From an uncultured euryarchaeote (GTDB lineage: Archaea > Thermoplasmatota > Poseidoniia > Poseidoniales > Poseidoniaceae): a stretch of DNA of 64,000 bases. Every line of letters starts with the position of its first letter. Within the stretch, counting starts at the first letter, position 1. The stretch spans positions 361-64,360 of the forward strand of contig CALDPP010000012.1 in assembly GCA_937911345.1 (NCBI GenBank), given 5' to 3'. The translations under genes were made by a program, and so were the position numbers. The notes beneath the pieces were generated by a model. That model ran no database searches. It worked only from the letters and a program-made list of their open reading frames with translations, and was not told the DNA's origin. Shown piece by piece: positions 9,375 to 18,806 of this stretch.

Positions 9375-10347
9375 ATCCTCCCTAATTTTATGCCAATCAA
9401 AGAGTAGATGGTTTCAAATTATTCGATTCTATCGCCACATTATGCGAAGAATCTCTGTATTCGGTGTTGTGTGTATGATTTTACTCATGGCTGTCCCCTC
9501 CACACATGCACTACCAGCGGAACCAACCAATAGAGGTGCGGTGTTTGGAGGGCAACATACACCGATTGCCAATTTAACATCAATATCTACGCCTATTGAC
9601 CAATTACCAGCTATTGCTGAAGACTTCACCGCAACATGGTGTACAAACTGCCTCAAGGCTGAAGCGGCACTTGATGAATTAGAAGGAGAGGGTTTAGTCC
9701 AGAAGTACGAATTTCATCGAGCACCTGACTTTGAAGACCCTCTAGGCGATGAAGCTGCTTCTACATACATAACTGAGCGCTATGATGTCGCATCGCCGCC
9801 ATTGATCGCATTCAACGGTACGATCAAGAAAATTGGCACAAAACCAGATTCTGATTCATTGGTTAATGATTACAGAGAGATGATTGCAACTCCACTGAAT
9901 ATGGGCAATGGAATCTCAACTTTTGCCTGGACCCCAAAAGCCGATTGTAACTGCGACATACCTGATAATTCAGGTATCATCTCATGGAATCTTGATCTGA
10001 ATATGTCAGATTACCCAGATAATACGCTTAATGTTCACGCTTGGTTTGTTGAACAAGTTGCAGAATACTCTGACGGTGGTAACGGTGCTGGGGAATATCA
10101 TGACATAGTCAGAAAAATGGTCGATTTAGGAACGAACCTAAATGGTACTGCGACTATCGAAATTCCAAGTGCATACGATGGTGATGACTTAGAAGTTCAC
10201 CTAGTATACGTAATGACTATTCCTGAACCAGAAGATGACTTACCAACCACAACCGAACCAGACAGTGATGATGCATTGCCAGGATTTGTGACAAGTTTGA
10301 CCGTTCTAGCCATTGCGGCAGCAGCGATGATTTCTCGTCGTGATTAA
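9349..10347 (+). CDS. Secreted thioredoxin-like (CxxC) protein with a PGF-CTERM archaeosortase sorting signal
   Basis: Likely true start near 9442 at 'MRRISVFGVVCMILLMAVPSTHA' (signal peptide). Carries a 'TATWCTNC' CxxC redox motif. The C-terminus 'LPGFVTSLTVLAIAAAAMISRRD' is PGF, then a hydrophobic helix, then a basic tail, which is the PGF-CTERM pattern. The region just before it is acidic and Thr/Pro-rich. Confidence 0.6.
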   Translation: MNTIPEFTKSSLILCQSKSRWFQIIRFYRHIMRRISVFGVVCMILLMAVPSTHALPAEPTNRGAVFGGQHTPIANLTSISTPIDQLPAIAEDFTATWCTNCLKAEAALDELEGEGLVQKYEFHRAPDFEDPLGDEAASTYITERYDVASPPLIAFNGTIKKIGTKPDSDSLVNDYREMIATPLNMGNGISTFAWTPKADCNCDIPDNSGIISWNLDLNMSDYPDNTLNVHAWFVEQVAEYSDGGNGAGEYHDIVRKMVDLGTNLNGTATIEIPSAYDGDDLEVHLVYVMTIPEPEDDLPTTTEPDSDDALPGFVTSLTVLAIAAAAMISRRD

Positions 10348-10348
10348 G

Positions 10349-11395
10349 TTAGTTTGCTAACTTACTGAAAACTTGGATTACTTTGTCAATGTCTTCATCT
10401 GTTACATGCAAATGGACTACTGCTCTAACTGCTGTTGGACCAACATCTAACACATCGATGCCATTATTGGCTAACTCAGCCATCAATTTTTTAGCGCCCA
10501 TATCGCTATCAATGTAGACCATGTTTGTCTCAACTGAATCCAAATCTATAGTAAATCCATTCATCTTGCTGATGGACTCTGCTAGATGGTACGCCCTTGC
10601 ATGGTCTTCAGCCAATCTTTCGACATTATTTTCTAGGGCAAATAAACCACAGGCTGCCAAAAATCCAGACTGACGCATTCCACCGCCAAACAATTTTCTC
10701 CATCGACTGGCTTTAGCGATGAACTCCTGCGACCCAACTAGTACACTACCTACAGGAGCGCCCAGGCCCTTTGAAAGACAAATAGATACGGAATCAAAAT
10801 CTCTCAGCATTCTATCGATTGGAGTATTTGTTTTTATTGCCGCATTGAATATCCTCGCACCGTCCATGTGAATTACGCAATTATGTTCGTGGGCTGTTGC
10901 TGCTATTGCGTCCAAAGTATCTTGAGAGTAGCAAGTGCCACCGCCGCGATTAGCAGTATTTTCTACACAGACCATAGTGCCGTCGGGGTAATGTCCTAAA
11001 CTGCCCTCAGCTTTCCTGATTGCTTTAGCAACTGCTTCAGGAGTTAATTGACCTTTTTCACCGTCAATTAGAGCCACTGAGACACCTGATAAAGCAGCAT
11101 AACCGCCCCCTTCATACTGGTAGATATGGCTGGTTCTTTCCATAACAATTTCATCGCCGGGAGATGTGTGAGCTCTTATTGCAATGGCATTTGACATTGT
11201 TCCTGAGGGGACAAATAAGGCGGCCTCCATTGCGCACATCTTGGCCATCTTTTCTTCCAGTGCTCTAACTGTAGGATCATCTTGTAATACATCATCGCCA
11301 ACTACAGAAGCCATCATTGCTTCTTTCATTGCCTTCGTTGGTTGAGTAACTGTATCGCTGCGAAGGTCGATTCTATCAAGATTATACTCTCGCAT
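10349..11395 (-). CDS. ltaE: Low-specificity L-threonine aldolase (PLP-dependent)
   Basis: N-terminal 'IDLRSDTVTQPT' is the signature of threonine aldolases. 348 aa with a PLP fold-type I layout. Confidence 0.8.
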   Translation of the reverse strand: MREYNLDRIDLRSDTVTQPTKAMKEAMMASVVGDDVLQDDPTVRALEEKMAKMCAMEAALFVPSGTMSNAIAIRAHTSPGDEIVMERTSHIYQYEGGGYAALSGVSVALIDGEKGQLTPEAVAKAIRKAEGSLGHYPDGTMVCVENTANRGGGTCYSQDTLDAIAATAHEHNCVIHMDGARIFNAAIKTNTPIDRMLRDFDSVSICLSKGLGAPVGSVLVGSQEFIAKASRWRKLFGGGMRQSGFLAACGLFALENNVERLAEDHARAYHLAESISKMNGFTIDLDSVETNMVYIDSDMGAKKLMAELANNGIDVLDVGPTAVRAVVHLHVTDEDIDKVIQVFSKLAN

Positions 11396-11435
11396 GGTCT
11401 CACCAAATCGCCATCATTGATGAATTAGGCGGAAT

Positions 11436-11849
11436 TCAAAGTAATTTCAAATGGCCGGTTAAGTCATGCAATTTCTCTTCATTATCGGGTCCAAAGGCAA
11501 TTACGGTAAGCGAGCCGCTTGGGATTTGTGTTTTTCCTGCATCAGTTATTTTGACCGTTTGAATTCCGTTGATTTTAGCCTTTGATTCTAATTGGATTAG
11601 TTCATCGTAACTTGATTTCAAGCATACCTTTTTTTGCCCTGATTTCAACCAGGAATCTAAACTAGAGGGCCTATTTTCACCCGCTTTCAAGGTTGCAGTT
11701 ACTGAAGCATGACCTGCTTGTGCGGCGATTTTTCCTTTGCCCATTTTCAGATCATTGTTGATAACTAAGACTAATTTCGATGGATTGTTATCGATTATAT
11801 CATACATTTTAGGTGCTGTTAAACGATGGATAAACGAACGAAGACCCAA
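11436..11849 (-). CDS. pth2: Peptidyl-tRNA hydrolase, PTH2 family (paralog b)
   Basis: 'LVLVINNDLKMGKGKIAAQAGHASV', 'KITDAGKTQIPSGSLTVIAFGP' and 'TGHLKLL' match the Pth2 fold consensus. Probable start at 'MYDIID' (~11807). Confidence 0.8.
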   Translation of the reverse strand: MGLRSFIHRLTAPKMYDIIDNNPSKLVLVINNDLKMGKGKIAAQAGHASVTATLKAGENRPSSLDSWLKSGQKKVCLKSSYDELIQLESKAKINGIQTVKITDAGKTQIPSGSLTVIAFGPDNEEKLHDLTGHLKLL

Positions 11850-11862
11850 GTAACCACCCCGA

Positions 11863-12318
11863 CTAATACGGTTTTAATTCACCTGTTAATGCATTAATAC
11901 TACTTTTTGGCGCTGGTCCGATACCTAGCACTGTGATGGTACCCGGAGGTATTTCTGTGTGACCGGCATCTTTGACTAGGTGGGTAATTAATCCAGCAGA
12001 TTTAGCCTTGCCCATTATTTCCTTTAATGATTCGAGGCTGTCTATTGCGAGACTGATTTTACGCCCGCCACTAGATTGCCAACGCTCCATAATCCTAGGC
12101 TCGCTTTTCCTAGCAATTAGAGCACAACTTACTGCGGCATGCGAGCACTGTACAGCAACCTTGCCTGCTGATAATCTCAAATCTTTTCTGACTATCAAAG
12201 CCATAGAAGGGCCTTCATGTTCTTGTGACATATCCATCGACAACTTTCTGCTCAATTTCCTCCATAGACTGGAATTTTGTGATTGCTTCGCTAAACCATC
12301 TTCCAAACCAAGCAGCAA
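11863..12318 (-). CDS. pth2: Peptidyl-tRNA hydrolase, PTH2 family (paralog a, more diverged)
   Basis: 'MALIVRKDLRLSAGKVAVQCSHAAV', 'LVKDAGHTEIPPGTITVLGIGP' and 'TGELKPY'. Probable true start at 'MALIV' (~12201), which removes the overlap with the upstream gene. Confidence 0.75.
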   Translation of the reverse strand: MLLGLEDGLAKQSQNSSLWRKLSRKLSMDMSQEHEGPSMALIVRKDLRLSAGKVAVQCSHAAVSCALIARKSEPRIMERWQSSGGRKISLAIDSLESLKEIMGKAKSAGLITHLVKDAGHTEIPPGTITVLGIGPAPKSSINALTGELKPY

Positions 12319-12877
12319 TGGTTACATTGCCAACCGCGTGGAGTATATCATAGGGTATTCCGTTGAGTAAGTACATCATAAATCCAGAAAGACTTACTGT
12401 TCCTAACACGCTTAATGAGACAATGATGTCGAATAAAAATGCGCAAATTACTGCATAGCCGAAGGTTCTGTTTAATTGCAATTGACCATCGATAATGATT
12501 TTTGAGGATGAGCCGATAATTGCAACTACTGACCATCCTATCGCTTGGTACAGTGTCCATATTCCGTCCCCAATGATAAAATTGGAAATCATAGTAACCA
12601 ATACCGCAAAGGCGACTCCTCTGCGAGCACCTAATTGTGCACCAATAATCAGAGCTGCAACGGTTACGGGTTGGATATTTGGCAGAGGTGTCATAACAAC
12701 TCTGAGTAATGAAACACTAGTTATCAATGTCACAAAGGTAAGAACATTACTCGCTTTCTTCATGTCTGGAGATGCTAACATCCAAAATGCTAGTGATAGT
12801 AAAATTACATCAATTACCAATCCAGTGACTGGCCCGAGCACCGGACCATGGATGCCATATGACTGGAACATGACCAA
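12215..12877 (-). CDS. Six-TM integral membrane protein, possibly an ECF-transporter S-component-like protein
   Basis: About six hydrophobic helices in 185-220 aa with small interhelix loops. No catalytic motifs. The family assignment is tentative. Confidence 0.3.
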   Translation of the reverse strand: MVMFQSYGIHGPVLGPVTGLVIDVILLSLAFWMLASPDMKKASNVLTFVTLITSVSLLRVVMTPLPNIQPVTVAALIIGAQLGARRGVAFAVLVTMISNFIIGDGIWTLYQAIGWSVVAIIGSSSKIIIDGQLQLNRTFGYAVICAFLFDIIVSLSVLGTVSLSGFMMYLLNGIPYDILHAVGNVTIAAWFGRWFSEAITKFQSMEEIEQKVVDGYVTRT

Positions 12878-12911
12878 GCCTAGAGGTTGAATGTCTTGAG
12901 CATTGCCTAAA

Positions 12912-14600
12912 CTAGAGTTGTTTCCATACTACAATACCATCTGATTGAAGGTCGCTAAATTCGGCTGATACTGTTCCTGGCTGCCCATTAACGGTATATT
13001 CCCATCCCTCTCCTGCAACATTATCAATACTAACGACATATTTTCCAAGACTGCTTTCGATTATTTCAATCTCAAGTCCTTGTTGATTAGCAGCTTCTAT
13101 CGTTGCCTCAAGGACATCATCATTACCCAATAATCCCCCTGTAACAATGGTTTCTTGCTTGAATTCAAAGACGACTATCTGCGTGCCTAGCCATTCATCT
13201 GGCCAATCATCATTCCATGCATCTGTGGCGGGGGCTTCATCATTGACTAGATCTGACCAAGCCTCAATAATATCACTAAATGAAAAGAAGAGTAAAATTG
13301 TTACAAACAGGATAAAGAATTTGAACGCGGATTGGAATCTTTCTCTTAGTAGTTGAATGCTCGATGTTGAGATTAGAATTAGTGCTGATAAAATAACTAG
13401 AATTGTTGGCCAATCTGAATCTTGTTTATCGTATGAAATTGGGGTGTTATCTGTTGAATACATTTTCAAATTCGCATTATCATTGACCAACAACATGTAT
13501 TTGATGCCGTCTGAGGTCCAAGATTCTATACCTGCAGTGCCGTACCAATCATCTACATAATTCAGCATACCAAGTGGAATTAAATCGCCTTGTGTCGATA
13601 ATTCGAAATGTCCATAACCACCATCTAACGTGTTCTGCGGCAACATTACTGTTCCAAATACAATAGATATCTCCCCGTTGGATTTGAATGATTCAGAATC
13701 CTTGACTGTGCATTGAATCCCACATGAAATACTTGTCAAATACTGAGAATCGGTGGTTATCACATAACCATCAATAATTATCGGTATGCCAGGACTATAG
13801 CCTGAATGTGTTACAACAGACGACTGTTCAGAGGTGGTGTTAAAATGGTAAATTGTACTCCCGCTATCAGTTTGTAAATGAATTAACAGGTTATCATTAG
13901 ACAATTGAATTGGTGCATGTCTTATTTTGCCTTGAGCGAGGAAGTGTTTTGTTGCATTTTGGTTATTCGCTGACCATAGATTGCCCTCCTCATCACCAAC
14001 CCAATAAGAATCTCCAACGAATGTAACACCATTCCGCCAACCTAGTCCTATTTCATGAGAGAATTGAATAGCGCCATCTAGACATAATTTGTCGATACCT
14101 TGCCTCGTGGGAATAGTTACTGTTTCACCCTCGATTAACATACTGCCTGTAATGCCCCAAGAGTTCACTTCAGTTTGGTACTGCCAAACAATGGTACCAG
14201 TGTTAGCGTTTAATGCTTGAAATAAGCCATTTGACCAACCAACAAGTACCATGTCTGGCCAACTTCCACAGTCCCCTACACCTGAGTCAACATATTCTAG
14301 TGGAGTCATGTCCTGAAATGTCGAATTTGGATTCTCTACTCGCCACACTTCATCTCCAGCAAAATTCAAGGAATACACTGACGGTATTCCCTGAGACAAA
14401 CTTGACGATGAGGTTCTAACAAAAATTCCTGAATCAGAGGAAATTGGTTTAGTAGAAACGTAAACCTCACCAAAATCAAGGTTCCATCGCTGAGTGAACT
14501 CTCCCTCGTCTTGACTTTGACTTGCTTCTCCACTAACAATCGGTAAGCAAAAAGTGGCAATTACTACCAATAGTAGAAGTTTTGAACGCATTTTATTCAC
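12912..14600 (-). CDS. Secreted PQQ-like beta-propeller repeat protein with a TM hairpin and a C-terminal DUF4430-like domain
   Basis: Signal peptide 'MNKMRSKLLLLVVIATFCLPIVSG'. Repeated 'G.IVW...' and 'D.....W' blades. Hydrophobic segments near aa 395-440. The C-terminus 'GWEYTVNGQPGTVSAEFSDLQSDGIVVWKQL' resembles the W.Y.VNG...GA..Y.L.DGD.I.W end of DUF4430 domains. Confidence 0.5.
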   Translation of the reverse strand: MNKMRSKLLLLVVIATFCLPIVSGEASQSQDEGEFTQRWNLDFGEVYVSTKPISSDSGIFVRTSSSSLSQGIPSVYSLNFAGDEVWRVENPNSTFQDMTPLEYVDSGVGDCGSWPDMVLVGWSNGLFQALNANTGTIVWQYQTEVNSWGITGSMLIEGETVTIPTRQGIDKLCLDGAIQFSHEIGLGWRNGVTFVGDSYWVGDEEGNLWSANNQNATKHFLAQGKIRHAPIQLSNDNLLIHLQTDSGSTIYHFNTTSEQSSVVTHSGYSPGIPIIIDGYVITTDSQYLTSISCGIQCTVKDSESFKSNGEISIVFGTVMLPQNTLDGGYGHFELSTQGDLIPLGMLNYVDDWYGTAGIESWTSDGIKYMLLVNDNANLKMYSTDNTPISYDKQDSDWPTILVILSALILISTSSIQLLRERFQSAFKFFILFVTILLFFSFSDIIEAWSDLVNDEAPATDAWNDDWPDEWLGTQIVVFEFKQETIVTGGLLGNDDVLEATIEAANQQGLEIEIIESSLGKYVVSIDNVAGEGWEYTVNGQPGTVSAEFSDLQSDGIVVWKQL

Positions 14601-16627
14601 TTTGTTGCATCAAGGATTGCCTGTTTTAACAGTGCACTAACTGCTTTTCCGTCGGCTGCACCGGCTTGCTGCATAACTACGCCCATCAATGGGCCGATAG
14701 CGCCCATTCCACGCTCCTTAACAAAATCCAGCCTCTCAGCAACAACGGCAGCAATTATATCGCCAAGTTCGGATTCATCTGCGGGTTTCAAACCATGCTG
14801 TTCAGCATAAGCAATGATATCGGAAATCTCGGGGATATGCCCGGCAAAATGGGCAATTACGTCATTAATTGCTTCTCTAGTAATCTCTCCAGCCTCCTTC
14901 GCCGATAATACTAGGCTGGACAGACGTGGGTCAATCTCATCATTCTCTAATAGTACAGCAGCCCATGCTTTGGCTGGCAAACCGCCTTGATACTCAACAA
15001 AAACGTCATCTAACTCTCTAGCAAGAATTTGGTCTTTTTGATCCGCTGATACATCGAACTGGTTCATCCTTGTTTGTCGCTGGCTATCGGTCATAGGCAG
15101 ATTATCGATTATGGATTGCCACTTTTGTGAATCAATCGTTTGGGCAGGAATATCCGTTTCTGGATACATCCGAGCCCCTCCGGGAAGCGGCCTCATTGGG
15201 GCTGTAGTTCCATCATCTGGAGCTCCTTTCTTGATGACCACGTTGCGAACTTCTTGGGGGATTCGATGCCAAGCTGCTCTTGCTCTTAGCAAAACACTCT
15301 CTAAGGCTAATTCTGCTTGCCATTTCGGAGCTAAACAAAGCACGAATCCGTCATCATCAGATAATTTGAGTGCTTTTCTTACACTCTCAACATTACTGAT
15401 TTCTATGCCATATGCCGGTAGTTCATCAGAATGGAATACGCCCTTGACACCTGCTAATTTTGCTGCCCCTGCTAGTTCTCTCCCGAGCCTTGGTAATTGA
15501 GAGCCTTCGCTATCGACTTGCTTGGTACCGATTTTGCCGGCCAAACCCGGCAATGGTAACGCTAACATTGTGTAGGATTTTTGCAATCCGTTCACGACCA
15601 TCTTTGATTCGCAATCTGTGAAAAACTCGGTAACATCGGTTAACTGAAGTGGTAGGAACTGTGCTACCTTATCCCGTACTGATGCTTCGGTTGAAGCGTC
15701 ATCAAGTCTCCTATCACTAGGCAAAGCCGGTAGTGACAATTGGCCCCTGAGTGTATTTGCTAAACGATAAAAATGTAGTTGACGGGCCATTTCTAACTTG
15801 ATTATTCTTGGAATCCAGTTGAGGTCTTGACAGCCTTTTATTTCTATTCTATCGCCACAAGCAATTGACACATTCAAATCCTGTCTTATGCTTCCAAGAC
15901 CTCGCCTTACTCGACGGGTTTGCCGTAATGTTCTACCCAGTGCAATCGATGTTTCTTTGGCATGTTCAGGAGTCTTAACATCAGGATCGGTGGCTATTTC
16001 GATTAATGGCAGACCCAGTCTATCTAAATTGTAAATAACACACTCACCTGTATCGGTGGCATAAGTATCGAGTTTTCTAGCACTGTCTTCTTCGAGACAC
16101 AACACGGAAATTCCAACTGGGTCTGATGAGGTTTCCAAAGTACCGCCTGTTGATATTAACGTCGTTCTCTGAAAACCACTAGTGTTTGATCCATCAACAA
16201 CGGTCTTTCTCATGGTCTGCAGTAATGATACCGGTTTTGCGTTGAGTAATGCTGATGTTGTCAAAGCAATATCTAGTGCTGATTCATCATGAGTTAACGG
16301 TGGTTGGTCGTCTAATTCTATTAGACCCGAATTTGGCGATTGGACGTACTCGAATGATCGATTACGTCTTGTTTCAAATCGGGCGGCGATGTCTATTTTT
16401 CCACCCTCTCCTCTTGCTGCTCTCAATTTACGAGAAAAACGCGGCCAATCCTCAGGCAAGGTATCCATCGTGACATCATAAAGGTCGCCGGGTTGTCTAG
16501 AATGTAATTTTCCAGTTGCTAACTGTTGATGAACTTCAATGCCGCACATAAAGCCCAATTTATCTGGGTTAAGCGCCTCAGCATCAGCGATATCGCCTTC
16601 TGGTTCTGGGAAATGCGACTCCGCCAT
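14597..16627 (-). CDS. gatE: Glutamyl-tRNA(Gln) amidotransferase subunit E (archaeal GatE)
   Basis: N-terminal 'CGIEVHQQLATGKL' is the GatE/GatB signature. Size is 676 aa, consistent with the GatE insertion domain plus a C-terminal GatB/YqeY-like domain. No gatD is adjacent. Confidence 0.6.
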   Translation of the reverse strand: MAESHFPEPEGDIADAEALNPDKLGFMCGIEVHQQLATGKLHSRQPGDLYDVTMDTLPEDWPRFSRKLRAARGEGGKIDIAARFETRRNRSFEYVQSPNSGLIELDDQPPLTHDESALDIALTTSALLNAKPVSLLQTMRKTVVDGSNTSGFQRTTLISTGGTLETSSDPVGISVLCLEEDSARKLDTYATDTGECVIYNLDRLGLPLIEIATDPDVKTPEHAKETSIALGRTLRQTRRVRRGLGSIRQDLNVSIACGDRIEIKGCQDLNWIPRIIKLEMARQLHFYRLANTLRGQLSLPALPSDRRLDDASTEASVRDKVAQFLPLQLTDVTEFFTDCESKMVVNGLQKSYTMLALPLPGLAGKIGTKQVDSEGSQLPRLGRELAGAAKLAGVKGVFHSDELPAYGIEISNVESVRKALKLSDDDGFVLCLAPKWQAELALESVLLRARAAWHRIPQEVRNVVIKKGAPDDGTTAPMRPLPGGARMYPETDIPAQTIDSQKWQSIIDNLPMTDSQRQTRMNQFDVSADQKDQILARELDDVFVEYQGGLPAKAWAAVLLENDEIDPRLSSLVLSAKEAGEITREAINDVIAHFAGHIPEISDIIAYAEQHGLKPADESELGDIIAAVVAERLDFVKERGMGAIGPLMGVVMQQAGAADGKAVSALLKQAILDATK

Positions 16628-16664
16628 AGTTATCCCAGTAGTTCATTATTCAAGATAGCAGCGA

Positions 16665-18806
16665 TTATCTAAGTGTTTGAATTGTATCATAGCCTCTTGG
16701 CAACATCAATGTTCCATCTCTAACCATCTTTTCAATCATGTTGTCAACTTTGCCACGGTCAACATTATGATTCTGCATTTCATTATAGATGTCAATTCTG
16801 TTGGCATACTTGATTGACTCTTTTGACCTTGATTCTAGATCCCTAATTGTATCTAACAAAATTCTTTCATGGTTTCTAGCAGATGCTTTTCTACCGGTTT
16901 GTAATGTAGTTTCGTCAAAATTATCGCCCATCAATTCATTACGCCAAGTTCTCGTCAAACGAATTGCTCTTTCAACATCCTCGATGTTAGCGATTTCTGA
17001 TAATCTAATTCTCGCACTTGCTTCCGCCATTCGGGCAACTGCTTCTAGAGAACGAGCGGTTATTGATACGCTATCTGATGATTCCCCGCCCTTTTTCCTA
17101 GTTTCAACGTAGAATTCTACAATTCGGCTTCTAGCTTCTTCATCCAATTTTGGATGAATCGCCCTTTTTGAATATGCAATATATTTTCTAATTAGGGCTT
17201 TAGTCAGTATTTCATCCCCGTCTTGAGATTTCTGAGTTGCAGAAGAAAGTTTTCTTGATGGGTCTGGAGCACTTCCTTGATTTACTAACAGCTCGCTGGT
17301 ACCAAGCAATCGATTATTGATTATATGTTGAGCGATTTTGGCGTCTCTATCCTGCTCGGCGTTGTCTGTTAACAACCAAATTATATCAAACCGAGAAATC
17401 AATGGCGGGGCCAAATTAATCTGAGCGGTAAATGGAGTATCTGATACTGGTTCAAATCGTCCACTCTTTGGGTTGGCCGCTGCCAATACTGCGCAACGAG
17501 TCCTGAGACTTGCGTTTATCCCTGCCTTAGAAATTGAAATTGTTTGTTGCTCCATTGCCTCGTGCATACTTGATCTATCGGCCTCGTTCATCTTATCGAA
17601 TTCGTCAATCGATGCTAGTCCCAAATCAGCCAAAACCAAGGCACCGGCTTCCAAAGTCCAACGACCATCTGCAGCCGAGTCTTGTACTGCTGCTGCAGTT
17701 AATCCGGCGGCAGAAGCCGATTGTCCTGAAGTAAATTGACCGCGTGGTGAAATCTTGGACATATAATCTAGCAATTGTGATTTCGCAACTCCGGGATCAC
17801 CCATGAGTAAAATGTGAATATCCCCGCGATTTCTTGTTCCATCCGGGTTAAGTCTGGCAACGCCGCCGAATAATTGGAGCATTAGTGACTCCTTTACTCG
17901 GTCCATACCAAAAATAGAGGGAGCAATACTTTTGCTGAACAAATCATAGATGTCTGAGCGACTGGCTAATTCCTTAATTTCTAACTCTTCATCTTCGGTA
18001 ATAAGAATCTCTTCGAGTGGAACATTTTGTCGCTCAAGGGAATGGATTCTGAGGAAAATATCGAACACCGGTGTGTCCTTGCCACCTTTTCTTTGTGACC
18101 GAATAAATAACACTCCGTTGGCTTTGACTCTGTCGCCGGGGTTCAATTTCCCGGCAATATCATGTTCACCAATACAAATTATCCGTTCTGGTTGTATTCC
18201 ACCTTTCAATTGCTCTGGAGACTCCTGAAGTTCAATAAATTGTGAATTGATTAAAATTGAATCATCTTCTTGCAAGGCAAATCTTGTTTGACGTTTTTGT
18301 CTTCCACATCCACCATCGATTTGAGAGCATTCTAGCGGTTCAATTAGTTCTTGTTCGTTTGGTTGTTTGACTTCAGTAATATGTCCACAAGAGGAACACA
18401 TGAAAGATGCTGAATAAATTCTTGGCCGTACGCCGGAAATTTTTGTCGCAATAGCATCTATTGCTAGCATCATTCCAATGTCATCGGCTCTAAGTTGTGA
18501 TACTGTTCGAATTTGATCGCTGGGCAAGTGTACGATTCGGACAAATGGATACATAGATGTGTGCCCTTCGTCTTGAAGAAATTGCCTTAGTGCTTGATTC
18601 GCAGCCTGGAAATGTAAGTCAGGATGAGCAATTATGTTCTGAGCAAATTCATCGTCAAATCCTTCAATATCACGGTATGAAACCTCGAGAGATTGTTCAT
18701 CAGGCCACTTTTGGGCAAGGTTGTGCACTGCTTCGGCATACAAATCTTGGATCATAGAAGTCCACCTTGCAGCTAAATCAAACTCTTGCAACACAAATAT
18801 CACCAA
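16665..18806 (-). CDS. mcm: MCM replicative helicase
   Basis: Zinc-finger 'CSSCG ... C..C' in the N-terminal domain. AAA+ Walker A 'LLMGDPGVAKSQLL', Walker B/arginine finger region 'IDEFDKM ... SRFD', and a winged-helix C-terminus. 713 aa. Confidence 0.85.
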   Translation of the reverse strand: MVIFVLQEFDLAARWTSMIQDLYAEAVHNLAQKWPDEQSLEVSYRDIEGFDDEFAQNIIAHPDLHFQAANQALRQFLQDEGHTSMYPFVRIVHLPSDQIRTVSQLRADDIGMMLAIDAIATKISGVRPRIYSASFMCSSCGHITEVKQPNEQELIEPLECSQIDGGCGRQKRQTRFALQEDDSILINSQFIELQESPEQLKGGIQPERIICIGEHDIAGKLNPGDRVKANGVLFIRSQRKGGKDTPVFDIFLRIHSLERQNVPLEEILITEDEELEIKELASRSDIYDLFSKSIAPSIFGMDRVKESLMLQLFGGVARLNPDGTRNRGDIHILLMGDPGVAKSQLLDYMSKISPRGQFTSGQSASAAGLTAAAVQDSAADGRWTLEAGALVLADLGLASIDEFDKMNEADRSSMHEAMEQQTISISKAGINASLRTRCAVLAAANPKSGRFEPVSDTPFTAQINLAPPLISRFDIIWLLTDNAEQDRDAKIAQHIINNRLLGTSELLVNQGSAPDPSRKLSSATQKSQDGDEILTKALIRKYIAYSKRAIHPKLDEEARSRIVEFYVETRKKGGESSDSVSITARSLEAVARMAEASARIRLSEIANIEDVERAIRLTRTWRNELMGDNFDETTLQTGRKASARNHERILLDTIRDLESRSKESIKYANRIDIYNEMQNHNVDRGKVDNMIEKMVRDGTLMLPRGYDTIQTLR

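Noticed and set aside
16665-18806. Checked MCM and DP2 for inteins, which are common in archaeal replication proteins.
   Set aside because: No intein block motifs or size anomaly attributable to an intein. The MCM size is canonical (713 aa).
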